Translations under genes and position numbers: made by a program
The notes under the pieces: model-generated
Told to the model about the DNA's origin: nothing
Seen by the model: only the letters and a program-made list of their open reading frames with translations
Database searches by the model: none
Shown here: positions 1 through 7,703 of the stretch, one piece after another
Layout: the number at the start of each line of letters is the position of its first letter
How positions within the stretch are numbered: the stretch's first letter is position 1
Virus record (IMG/VR): IMGVR_UViG_3300028384_000675
Coordinates: 28,947 to 92,946 of that record
Reading direction: 5' to 3' (one strand)
Source of the DNA: a virus
DNA: 64,000 nucleotides

Positions 1-685
1 GAACAGTACCCTTCGAACCAGTGAGAACGCCATCTTCATCGACAACTACAACGTGCGCTTCATCATATGCATCTGCACCGTCTTGCGACAGAGCAGCAAC
101 GTAAGATGAAGTTGTTGGAGCAGCGTCGAATGCGCCGGAATATGCCCAGTTTTCGAATGCTGAATCAGCAGCGATCGCTGGAACGTAACCAGGAGCACCT
201 GCTGAATCGCCAACTTGATCTACAGCAGCAGTTGCTGGACAAATAGAAACTGCGAGAGAGTTACCGACTGAACCAGGATACTTTGCAATGATCTGGTTAT
301 CGCTGAAGTCACCGCCATCAAACGCATCGCGATTCTTGACTTGAATGTCAATCGTTTCCGCCGCTGAGTCTTGTGTAGTTGCAAAGGTTGCTGCCGCACT
401 GTAGTCAGAATCTGCTACTGCGCGAGTTACAAAGGTGTTTGTAGAATATTTGAGGAAGTATGCCGCAGACAAAAAGTCCGTGGAAGACGCTCCTCCTGAG
501 AGAGAGGGTGCACCAAAATTCGCTGCCAATTCCGCTTCGTTACCGACAAGGATTGGTTGCTCCGCTGGTCCCCAATTAAAATCTCCGACTAACGCGCCAG
601 TTGATGATGTAACTGCCGGAACAACGCCCGACAGATCAATCTCTTTGACGACGATATTAGGAGACTCAGACAATTTGAGTGCCAT
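1..685 (-). CDS. gp18: Tail sheath protein (T4 gp18-like), 5' part; runs off the window edge
   Basis: Not in the ORF track. Manual translation from ATG at 685 gives MALKLSESPNIVVKEIDLSGVVPAVTSSTGALVGDFNWGPAEQPILVGNEAELAANFGAP...FLSAAYFLKYSTNTFVTRA...AKYPGSVGNSLAVSIC...EAHVVVVDEDGVLTGSKGTV, the classic gp18 N-terminus. It directly follows terL. Confidence 0.95.
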   Translation of the reverse strand, partial: MALKLSESPNIVVKEIDLSGVVPAVTSSTGALVGDFNWGPAEQPILVGNEAELAANFGAPSLSGGASSTDFLSAAYFLKYSTNTFVTRAVADSDYSAAATFATTQDSAAETIDIQVKNRDAFDGGDFSDNQIIAKYPGSVGNSLAVSICPATAAVDQVGDSAGAPGYVPAIAADSAFENWAYSGAFDAAPTTSSYVAALSQDGADAYDEAHVVVVDEDGVLTGSKGTV

Positions 686-755
686 AATCGTGTCCTTTTT
701 TTCGTTAAGTTATGATAAGATTTCATAATACGGTGTATTTCTTTCAATCATTCAT

Positions 756-763
756 TATTTATA
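756..763 (-). promoter_or_regulatory. T4-type late promoter TATAAATA upstream of gp18
   Basis: tatttata on the + strand in the terL-gp18 intergenic gap. Confidence 0.8.
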
Positions 764-774
764 CTTAACGCTTT

Positions 775-1881
775 TTAGAGATCATATGGGTCGAACAGTT
801 GCCACGGTTCGTATTTCATCCTTTCTTGTTCTTCGATTTGCTGAATTGCGTCGCTACCGTCGTCAATAAAACCGAACGGAACGATGTCGTCTTCGATCTG
901 TCTCATCTGTTGTTCGAACATCATCTGCTTTAGGTTGATGTCTGTCATATCAGCGAACATCTGAGTTGTAATGAAGTACCCTAGCATCACGAGGTTCATC
1001 ATGAGGTCGTCGTGGTTTCCTTCGCTTGCTTCGTATGACACTCCTTTCGATACAAAGGTAGACACTTCCATGATCGTATCTTCGTCAACAATCTCAAGCT
1101 TTTTCTCTTCTAGCAAATCTTTAATACCCGAGCAACCGAGACGCTTGACCCTTCGTGTCATCTCAATACCAATAGCATTCGCTTTCACGGCAGACTCTAC
1201 GTGTACGTTCTCGTACTCCAGATCGTAGTACAGACCATTACAGACGACTGCGCCCTGATCGTTCGACTCAATTACGACGTATGCATTGTTGTATGCTTTC
1301 GCGATTTTATATATAATATCAGGGAAGAGTATTGGAGAAATAGTGTTGTTCCGATACGCAGCGACCTGACGAAACGGGCGTGTGGCAATGTCGATAACTG
1401 TAAAAGTCGAATAGTCCTGTCCTCTTCCTTTCGCTACGTCAACAGTCATGAGATATTCATGACTGGGTTGTGTTTCTTCGTATACGTTGAGGCAACCATT
1501 CTCCAATACTTTGATCGGTGGCAGTGCCCTAAGATTCAATAGAGTTTCTGCGCCGATCAAAGTATCCCCCGTTCCGAAGAACGTGTTGTGGGAAGTAAAC
1601 GATTTATCGTGATTATAAACTTTGCCGTTTTCTACATTCAGCGGGTCATAAAAATATTGCCCCTCGCAAACTTCCCTACGAACAACAACCTTTCCTATGT
1701 CATCTCCGGAGAAAATATCTTTGGCAAACTTGACTTGACTGGTAATAACAAATTTATGATTGATTGCGGTGCAAAGTTCAGTGCCGTCTTCGAATACAAA
1801 ACGAAACCCATAATCATGCCAATAACGATTTACACCATGAAATTTTTGAAATCCAGAAGGTGTTAAGATTTGTATATCGAT
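775..1881 (-). CDS. terL: Terminase large subunit C-terminal (nuclease) half, preceded by a C-intein; start codon uncertain
   Basis: The frame of ORF 775..1560 stays open up to a TAG at 1897-1899 and reads IDIQILTPSGFQKFHGVNR...CTAINHKF...FYDPLNVENGKVYNHDKSFTSHN|TFFGTGDTLIGAE.... It then contains RNase H-like terminase motifs (VDVAKGRGQDYST, IESNDQG, HDDLMMNLV). There is no ATG/GTG/TTG upstream of 1560; ATC at 1881 and ATA at 1875 follow GGAGAGG. Confidence 0.9.
   Translation of the reverse strand: MDIQILTPSGFQKFHGVNRYWHDYGFRFVFEDGTELCTAINHKFVITSQVKFAKDIFSGDDIGKVVVRREVCEGQYFYDPLNVENGKVYNHDKSFTSHNTFFGTGDTLIGAETLLNLRALPPIKVLENGCLNVYEETQPSHEYLMTVDVAKGRGQDYSTFTVIDIATRPFRQVAAYRNNTISPILFPDIIYKIAKAYNNAYVVIESNDQGAVVCNGLYYDLEYENVHVESAVKANAIGIEMTRRVKRLGCSGIKDLLEEKKLEIVDEDTIMEVSTFVSKGVSYEASEGNHDDLMMNLVMLGYFITTQMFADMTDINLKQMMFEQQMRQIEDDIVPFGFIDDGSDAIQQIEEQERMKYEPWQLFDPYDL
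1585..1881 (-). mobile_element. C-terminal fragment (IntC, ~97-99 aa) of a split intein in terL
   Basis: Block B-like TAINHKF, block F FYDPLNV and terminal SHN followed by Thr(+1). Resembles, from memory, the AceL-TerL type IntC. Confidence 0.88.
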
Positions 1882-2585
1882 GGGAGCCTCTCCGTTCTAG
1901 TTTTTCCAGACACTATATCTGCAATGCATTTCGCAGTAACATTATAATACTCGCAATATTTTCTGGCGAATGTAGAGTATGGAGTTATCGGTTTCCAACC
2001 AGAATTTTTCTTTCTTCTTTCTTCGTTAATCGGTATCAGTTCTTCTCTTATTTTATCTAGTTCTTTCGCAAAAGTATCTCTGATCTCATCAACTTGATTG
2101 TCTGTCAATTTTGGCGGTCTTAATCTTTTTCCTGATTTGGATTCTTTTTGTTTTTTAATATATTCTGGGTTTTTGTAATTTTCTTTACTTCTCTTTGACC
2201 TTATGTGAAATCCTTCTCTTTTTGCGCGTTTTTTTGCTGACTCAGACATTTTTTTTCTTTGTTCGTCAGAAAACTTATATCCCAATGTTGTGAAGTTAGG
2301 CGAGTTGTGCCCATACCCTTTACCAGAAGGAGATTCGTTCAACCCATTATTAAACGTATCAAGGGAATTAATCCAATACTCTTCTCTTCCTTCAATATAG
2401 TTTCGGTCGTTAGATTCTTCAAGTATTTGTACATCGAAATCGTCACCTTTAAAACGATTAGACCTTTTGTGATCGCCCATTCGAATCTTGAATCTACGTT
2501 GTATGGTAATCCCAACGTATTGCTTTGAGTCTGACTTCCTCTTCAAAAGATAAACCAAGTGTTTCTCTTGTTCTGATACAGTCAT
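1863..2585 (-). CDS. Free-standing GIY-YIG homing endonuclease (Seg-like) with NUMOD3 and a C-terminal HTH
   Basis: LVYLL...QYVGIT..RFKIRMGDH...GREEYWI...GLN catalytic core; GYKFSDEQRKKMSESAK (NUMOD3); KLTDNQVDEIR...NVTAKCIADIVSGKT (HTH). AT-rich and overlaps both terL halves. Confidence 0.88.
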   Translation of the reverse strand: MTVSEQEKHLVYLLKRKSDSKQYVGITIQRRFKIRMGDHKRSNRFKGDDFDVQILEESNDRNYIEGREEYWINSLDTFNNGLNESPSGKGYGHNSPNFTTLGYKFSDEQRKKMSESAKKRAKREGFHIRSKRSKENYKNPEYIKKQKESKSGKRLRPPKLTDNQVDEIRDTFAKELDKIREELIPINEERRKKNSGWKPITPYSTFARKYCEYYNVTAKCIADIVSGKTRTERLPSIYKS

Positions 2586-2658
2586 AAAAATCGCCTATTC
2601 TTATTTCGTATATAATATTATTTATAAGAACAGTTATTTGAGAACGACTTTCTAGGCA
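2494..2658 (-). mobile_element. N-terminal fragment (IntN) of the split intein: ~28-aa core plus a tail overlapping the endonuclease gene
   Basis: Cys1 codon at 2658-2656; block A-like CLESRSQITVLINNIIYEIRIGDFYD; stop at 2496-2494. Confidence 0.85.
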
Positions 2659-3447
2659 ATTACCAAATTCTTGGTCGAACTGTAATTGCGAAGTGTTTGA
2701 AATTGTTTGTCGTTTCCACTCCTCGTCTCGACCAGGAACGTCCCACCAATTTACCGTGAATGCTTTGTACTCATTAACCTTTTGTACAGCACCTTCCCAT
2801 ATTTTATGATAGGTGTTTCCGATACCATTCGCTGTAGATGTAATAATAACTTTCGTATCTTTACCAGATGAGATAACAGGATAGGTTGAAGTATAGAACT
2901 CAGCAGCACGCTCAACAAACGCAAACTCGTCCAGAAAAAGCAGGTTAACAGACATACCACGTATAGAAGAACCAGAGGTGGCAGCAGCAATAATGCGAGA
3001 ATTATTACTAAACTCAATTGAACCTTTATTAAGAGCGCGACACCCTGGCTGTAGAAAAAACGGTAAATTTTCAAGCGCCAAGGTGACTCTGGCGAGCATC
3101 TCTCGAGCGGTTGCACCTTTGTTAGCGAGGACAGCGATCGTCTTCTCAGGGTGAAATATAGCATACCATAATAGATAAACAACGGATGAAATAGACTTAC
3201 CACTTTGTCGACAGGCGAGGACGATCGAGAAACGATTATCATTAAAGTGGTCAAACATATTTTCTTGATATGGGTAAAGGTCAAAGTTGACAAGTCCTTT
3301 ATCGAGAGAAATGATTTTTACATATGTTCGTGCAAAATATGCAGGATCTTTCATACATTTAGCATACTCAACGACCTGTTCTTCAGTCCATTGTTGTTGT
3401 ACGCCATCCCGTTTTACATTAATATTACCAAGGTAACTATCATTCAT
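2494..3447 (-). CDS. terL: Terminase large subunit N-terminal (ATPase) half fused to an N-intein
   Basis: YLGNINVKR, LYPYQ adenine-binding motif, Walker A CRQSGKS and Walker B LLFLDEFAF. Ends QEFGN|CLESRSQITVL...IRIGDFYD. Likely start is the ATG at 3447, overlapping the terS stop. Confidence 0.95.
   Translation of the reverse strand: MNDSYLGNINVKRDGVQQQWTEEQVVEYAKCMKDPAYFARTYVKIISLDKGLVNFDLYPYQENMFDHFNDNRFSIVLACRQSGKSISSVVYLLWYAIFHPEKTIAVLANKGATAREMLARVTLALENLPFFLQPGCRALNKGSIEFSNNSRIIAAATSGSSIRGMSVNLLFLDEFAFVERAAEFYTSTYPVISSGKDTKVIITSTANGIGNTYHKIWEGAVQKVNEYKAFTVNWWDVPGRDEEWKRQTISNTSQLQFDQEFGNCLESRSQITVLINNIIYEIRIGDFYDCIRTRETLGLSFEEEVRLKAIRWDYHTT
2619..2626 (-). promoter_or_regulatory. Late promoter TATAAATA inside the IntN coding sequence, upstream of the endonuclease
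   Basis: Exact consensus about 34 nt before the ATG at 2585. Confidence 0.65.
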
Positions 3448-3796
3448 CCTGATCGCTAGCATCAATCACCTTCTCATCATTTTGTTGCAGTAGTCTCTGC
3501 AGGTCAGTGGTACTTCCTATGAAAACATTATTATTAGTGATTGCCTTTTGTTCTTCTTTCTTAGGATCGCTCATTATATCCATGTTCTTTTTATTTAGAT
3601 CCATCAGTTTGTCGGTCACATCAGCGATGTTCTTGATCATGCCGGATAGAACCTCGAACGCACGTGGGTGCTCGCTCTCGCGCGCGACCTCCATCATTAG
3701 GTCCATGCCACGTTTACCGTTCTCAATTAAATCAAGATATGTATCGCGAGAGGTTTCATAATCGTCTTTGATGTTTTTCTTATCTTGATCTGTCAT
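3440..3796 (-). CDS. terS: Terminase small subunit (gp16-like)
   Basis: DYETSRDTYLDLIENG...ARESEHPRAFEVL...DKLMDL...TNNNVFIGSTTDLQRLL is typical of marine T4-like gp16. Overlaps the terL start. Confidence 0.92.
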   Translation of the reverse strand: MTDQDKKNIKDDYETSRDTYLDLIENGKRGMDLMMEVARESEHPRAFEVLSGMIKNIADVTDKLMDLNKKNMDIMSDPKKEEQKAITNNNVFIGSTTDLQRLLQQNDEKVIDASDQDE

Positions 3797-6700
3797 ACTG
3801 GTTCTCCTCCTTCAAACGCTTCATATGCTTCAAGCAATACAAGCCAACTGTCGGAATTACTAGGGTTTGAAGTTTCGCGAATCTCAAACAAAATCTGCAG
3901 GTCTGCCATAAAATTGGGATCAGTAACTGTTATGGACCAAGTTCTGTTCTGATCCAGCGTTTCCCAACTGCCGAAACTTCCAGTAGCAACTCCGGAGTAA
4001 TAATTACGAGTCGCTTTGATTACATAATCTCCTGCACTCGTTGGCAGGTTAGTGGTTGGATCTAACCAAGTTCCAACTGTGTTTGTAACAAATTGATTGA
4101 ACGGGTTGGAACTCATAATATCACCATCAGGTTCGAACCTGACAGTTGTCGTTACTGACTGACTGTTTCCAGACGTAGTGATACCAAAAGGTTTGTTGGA
4201 TATCTCAACAATATCTGCTTGGGTTGTGTCATTAATATTAATTAATCGTGAAGCGAGTAGTGAACCGACATGAGAATCGTAAACACCGAACGTATAAACG
4301 TCATCTGATAGATCAGAATCTTCTGCTACGTCGACTCGAAATGTTCCTGAGTTTGAGGAGACGCTAAATGAACCTGATGCTTCATATATGTCATCAAAGT
4401 CTTCGAACACTTCAGGTTGCGCGAAGTGAAAATCGTATCCGACTGGTAATGAAGAAAGCGGAACTGCGTTACTCATAGTCACGCCAGATCCAGGAGATAT
4501 ACTCACGATAGTTCCAGGAACATCCGGAGTGTTAGACTCCATACCCAGCGCGAGGTTGGAAGTGTCTTCAAGATATATGAAGAATGTTCCTTGAGGAACG
4601 ACCTGATCTGTTCTGACCGGATATATGTTTGATGTACGATAATAATATGTGCCATCAGTAATATTTGTGCCGTCAAACGTAAAGTTAATCGTGTCACCTT
4701 CGTTGGCAGAATCATTAGCGAGGTCAGTCGATAAAGAATAAACGGATGCTTCGTCAGATAGAACAAAGGTATCTGATGCCAAAAACAATCCATTAGCACT
4801 ATCGAGTCTTAACGTCACTGTTCCTGTCAAATCTCCATGACCAATATCATCTGAGGTCGTAACGAACTGAGTAATAGTCGGTGTTGAATTTACAACAGCA
4901 GTTTTAGAAGTTATAGGGAACCTGCTTGTTATTCCAGCACTGCCAGTGATCGCAAAATGAACCGCTTCATTTTGTGCTCTATCTGCTATAGTGCTAATGG
5001 TGAACAGATTTCCCTCTGTCACATTGAACGCATCTGCAGTGTACGTCGGAATACTTGTGTCAAGGATTGTAATCGTTGGTGATTCAGCAAGCGCACCGCC
5101 TCCTGCTGTTTTAGAAACCAGAACTTTGTATGTCTCAGTACCTTCGCGGAGAAGATCTTCGTTCAGATCAGCAAAGATTGTACCATAACTTGTAGAAACG
5201 GTAAACGCTTGTTTTGCCGAAACAGGAGCGAACCCAGAAACGAAATCGTCGGAGGTTATATTGTCCCCTTGAAACCAGTAATAGTATGTTCCGTCGGAAT
5301 CGGTCGTATAGAACGAAACAGTCTGTACCACTTTCGATTCATTGATCTCTAGGTTGGCGCTGTCCAAACTTAATTGATACACGCGGTTTCCTGCGATGGT
5401 GTAGTCTAGCGTTGCGAGTTCAGTTCCGGTAGTTGTTTCTACCACTGCAGTAAATGTTTCTGGGTCGAGGTCACCGTTAGTCGCAAACTGAAGTAGCGGT
5501 GAAGGGGAACTGACGCCGCCTGACATGGTGATGGTGTCAGGAGAACCTGATTGCGGAACCGTTCCCACGAAATCTGCAGCAGAAGTTTCCCCAAAATTGA
5601 TATAAAAGTTCACATCTGAGTCAGGGATATTTGTACCGCCGATCTCATATGATACCGAATCGCCTTCGGTCGCAATCGCAAAAGAAGGCGTGATGGTATA
5701 AACAGGTGCCTGATCTAAAATATCAAAGGTATCGTTGGCAGTAAATCCTAGGTCAGAAGTAAACGAGACAGTTCCTGCCGTTGGACCTTGATATGTGAGT
5801 AGAGAAGTTGTGTTAGACAGAAAGTAAGTATCGTTGACACCCGTAACTGTAAACGAACCAGAAGAAGATAACAAGCGCGAATCTGAAGCAGCAGCGCCTG
5901 TAACGCTCCAGTTAACTGTGTCCCCGATTGTTGTCGAATCAACTGACAGTGAAGCGAGAAGCGGATTGCCTTCCACTGGATCGTCGACAGTCAGATCAAA
6001 CGTTGGAATTGTATCAGAAACAGTAATTAAAACAGAACCTTTCGCTATGCCGCCACTCGCTTCAGTTTGTAGTGAAACTGTAAAAGTTTCGTTATCGTCT
6101 ACAACATTGTCAACCATTGTTCTCAGCGAGAATGAACCGTTGCTGTTTAATATAGAAAACGGTTGCGCGGCAGTGGACATTGGCGGTGCAACTGTGAAGT
6201 CCGAGTCTGAGGTTGTACCATGCGTAACGTAATAGTACAACGTTGTGTTGCCGTTATTCGGTACGTCTGTTCCGGCAATATCAAATGTTATGATATCGCC
6301 CTCGCTTGGTGTAGCAGACGATGGTGTGATAACATATGAAGAAACAACATCGTTCAGATTAATTAATGACTGACCCTTTACACGTTCTTCGTCATCAATT
6401 ACAAATACATTGAACTGCTCAACGCCTTCTGCTTCATCAGAATCTGTTCTAGTTGGAATAGAAAACTTACCGACCGCAGTACCAGCACTGTCATTTATTT
6501 CAAAGTATGATGGCGACAATATGCTCGGCGGAGGCGATACGAAATCTGAGTCAGATGTAGAAATATGATCCACATAATAATAAAGCGCATCTGTATTATC
6601 TGGCACATCAGTTCCGCTCACTGTAAACTTAAATAATGTTCCCTCGTCTTCAGAGTCAGAGGGTGATACCCCTATAGAATATGATGAGGTAATCCTCTGA

Positions 6701-7371
6701 GAGACTGCAGAGTCGTCCATGCGCGTACTTACCAGAGACTGTACCGTATCCTCTAGTAATACTTCTCCGGCGAGGTACATACCTGCAGGGTGTACGAACA
6801 GTTTGAACAAGTCTTTCCACTGCGATATGGGAACACTAGCACGAACCAAAAGTGCAAACGTTTGATACAGTTCATCATTGGTTAAATAGCGCAGAGAGTC
6901 GGCGCCAATCCTTGAGTTGACGTCGCCGACCTTAAATATATTTTCTTTTGGATACACTACCTCGGCATCAATCCCGTAGAAAGAACGGAAGAACCATTCG
7001 ATAGCGAACCGTGTCCCCTTTGAGCGGAACATAATATTCGAGAAGTTAGCAGCAGCACGTAGTTGCGCCTCGCGCTCTTGCGGGGTTGCGTCTTGATTCG
7101 CGAACCCTTGGAAATATGAACCACCAAGTAACAACTCGTCTTCGATAAATGAAAGCAAATCTATCTCAGTTTCATTGATATCGCGCGCAGCGAATAAGTG
7201 ATTGAGCATCTCTGTTGAGGAACCGTCAGAGTCCATGAATTCATAGTAGTGTTCGAGCAACGAAATAAATTTCGGATATGATGCCGCAAAGTGTTCAGGA
7301 AGAACACCGCCTACTTTCGCAGTGCGTAGATTTATATGCCTACGTTTCTTGTCTAGAAAATGATTATGCAC
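3793..7371 (-). CDS. Baseplate wedge initiator (gp7-like N-terminal domain) with a long array of Calx-beta/Ig-like repeats
   Basis: LPEHFAASYPKFISLLEHYYEFMD...FRSKGTRFAIEWFFRSFYG...YPKENIF...WKDLFKLFVHPAGMYLAGEV, followed by ~110-aa repeats (EG..F.V.GT.VP...YYY...SDSDF...G.F....D...EG.E.F.V). Confidence 0.7.
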   Translation of the reverse strand: MHNHFLDKKRRHINLRTAKVGGVLPEHFAASYPKFISLLEHYYEFMDSDGSSTEMLNHLFAARDINETEIDLLSFIEDELLLGGSYFQGFANQDATPQEREAQLRAAANFSNIMFRSKGTRFAIEWFFRSFYGIDAEVVYPKENIFKVGDVNSRIGADSLRYLTNDELYQTFALLVRASVPISQWKDLFKLFVHPAGMYLAGEVLLEDTVQSLVSTRMDDSAVSQRITSSYSIGVSPSDSEDEGTLFKFTVSGTDVPDNTDALYYYVDHISTSDSDFVSPPPSILSPSYFEINDSAGTAVGKFSIPTRTDSDEAEGVEQFNVFVIDDEERVKGQSLINLNDVVSSYVITPSSATPSEGDIITFDIAGTDVPNNGNTTLYYYVTHGTTSDSDFTVAPPMSTAAQPFSILNSNGSFSLRTMVDNVVDDNETFTVSLQTEASGGIAKGSVLITVSDTIPTFDLTVDDPVEGNPLLASLSVDSTTIGDTVNWSVTGAAASDSRLLSSSGSFTVTGVNDTYFLSNTTSLLTYQGPTAGTVSFTSDLGFTANDTFDILDQAPVYTITPSFAIATEGDSVSYEIGGTNIPDSDVNFYINFGETSAADFVGTVPQSGSPDTITMSGGVSSPSPLLQFATNGDLDPETFTAVVETTTGTELATLDYTIAGNRVYQLSLDSANLEINESKVVQTVSFYTTDSDGTYYYWFQGDNITSDDFVSGFAPVSAKQAFTVSTSYGTIFADLNEDLLREGTETYKVLVSKTAGGGALAESPTITILDTSIPTYTADAFNVTEGNLFTISTIADRAQNEAVHFAITGSAGITSRFPITSKTAVVNSTPTITQFVTTSDDIGHGDLTGTVTLRLDSANGLFLASDTFVLSDEASVYSLSTDLANDSANEGDTINFTFDGTNITDGTYYYRTSNIYPVRTDQVVPQGTFFIYLEDTSNLALGMESNTPDVPGTIVSISPGSGVTMSNAVPLSSLPVGYDFHFAQPEVFEDFDDIYEASGSFSVSSNSGTFRVDVAEDSDLSDDVYTFGVYDSHVGSLLASRLININDTTQADIVEISNKPFGITTSGNSQSVTTTVRFEPDGDIMSSNPFNQFVTNTVGTWLDPTTNLPTSAGDYVIKATRNYYSGVATGSFGSWETLDQNRTWSITVTDPNFMADLQILFEIRETSNPSNSDSWLVLLEAYEAFEGGEPV

Positions 7372-7377
7372 AACGAA

Positions 7378-7692
7378 TCACCAAGGGAGTCCGGAAGCAA
7401 CTCTTAAAAATTCTTCAGATTCGACTCTATATCTAAATTCTACTTCCTCTTCGGTGTCTCTTTTCAGTTTAGAATTCGAGTGAATCCAATCTAATACCAC
7501 CTCTTCTGTCAAACTATCATATTCCACAAATGAAGAGTCTTGAGAATCCGGATTAAAAATTGTCATTCCCTCATAATCAACAGAAAATATGCTGCCATCG
7601 AGGTCTTCAGATTTTGTACATTTCCAGCGGACGGCGAAAACGCCACCGTCCGAAATATTCCTGTCCATCGAGACAATAGTCCATGTTATCAT
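7378..7692 (-). CDS. Small conserved phage hypothetical protein (fibre-associated)
   Basis: TWTIVSMDR...V.W...F..YDSLTEEVVLDWI...GLPW pattern, commonly seen next to fibre genes; tightly packed in the operon. Confidence 0.7.
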   Translation of the reverse strand: MITWTIVSMDRNISDGGVFAVRWKCTKSEDLDGSIFSVDYEGMTIFNPDSQDSSFVEYDSLTEEVVLDWIHSNSKLKRDTEEEVEFRYRVESEEFLRVASGLPW

Positions 7693-7703
7693 TTCTATAT
7701 CCT

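Noticed and set aside
775-1560. TTG at 1560 as the start of a stand-alone nuclease gene
   Set aside because: It lies downstream of the conserved TFFGTGDT extein and would omit the IntC; the frame is open for a further 336 nt upstream.
1585-2658. Group I intron interrupting terL
   Set aside because: The endonuclease ORF overlaps both flanking coding parts, leaving no room for a ribozyme core. Intein motifs (Cys1, block B His, HN|T) explain the junctions.
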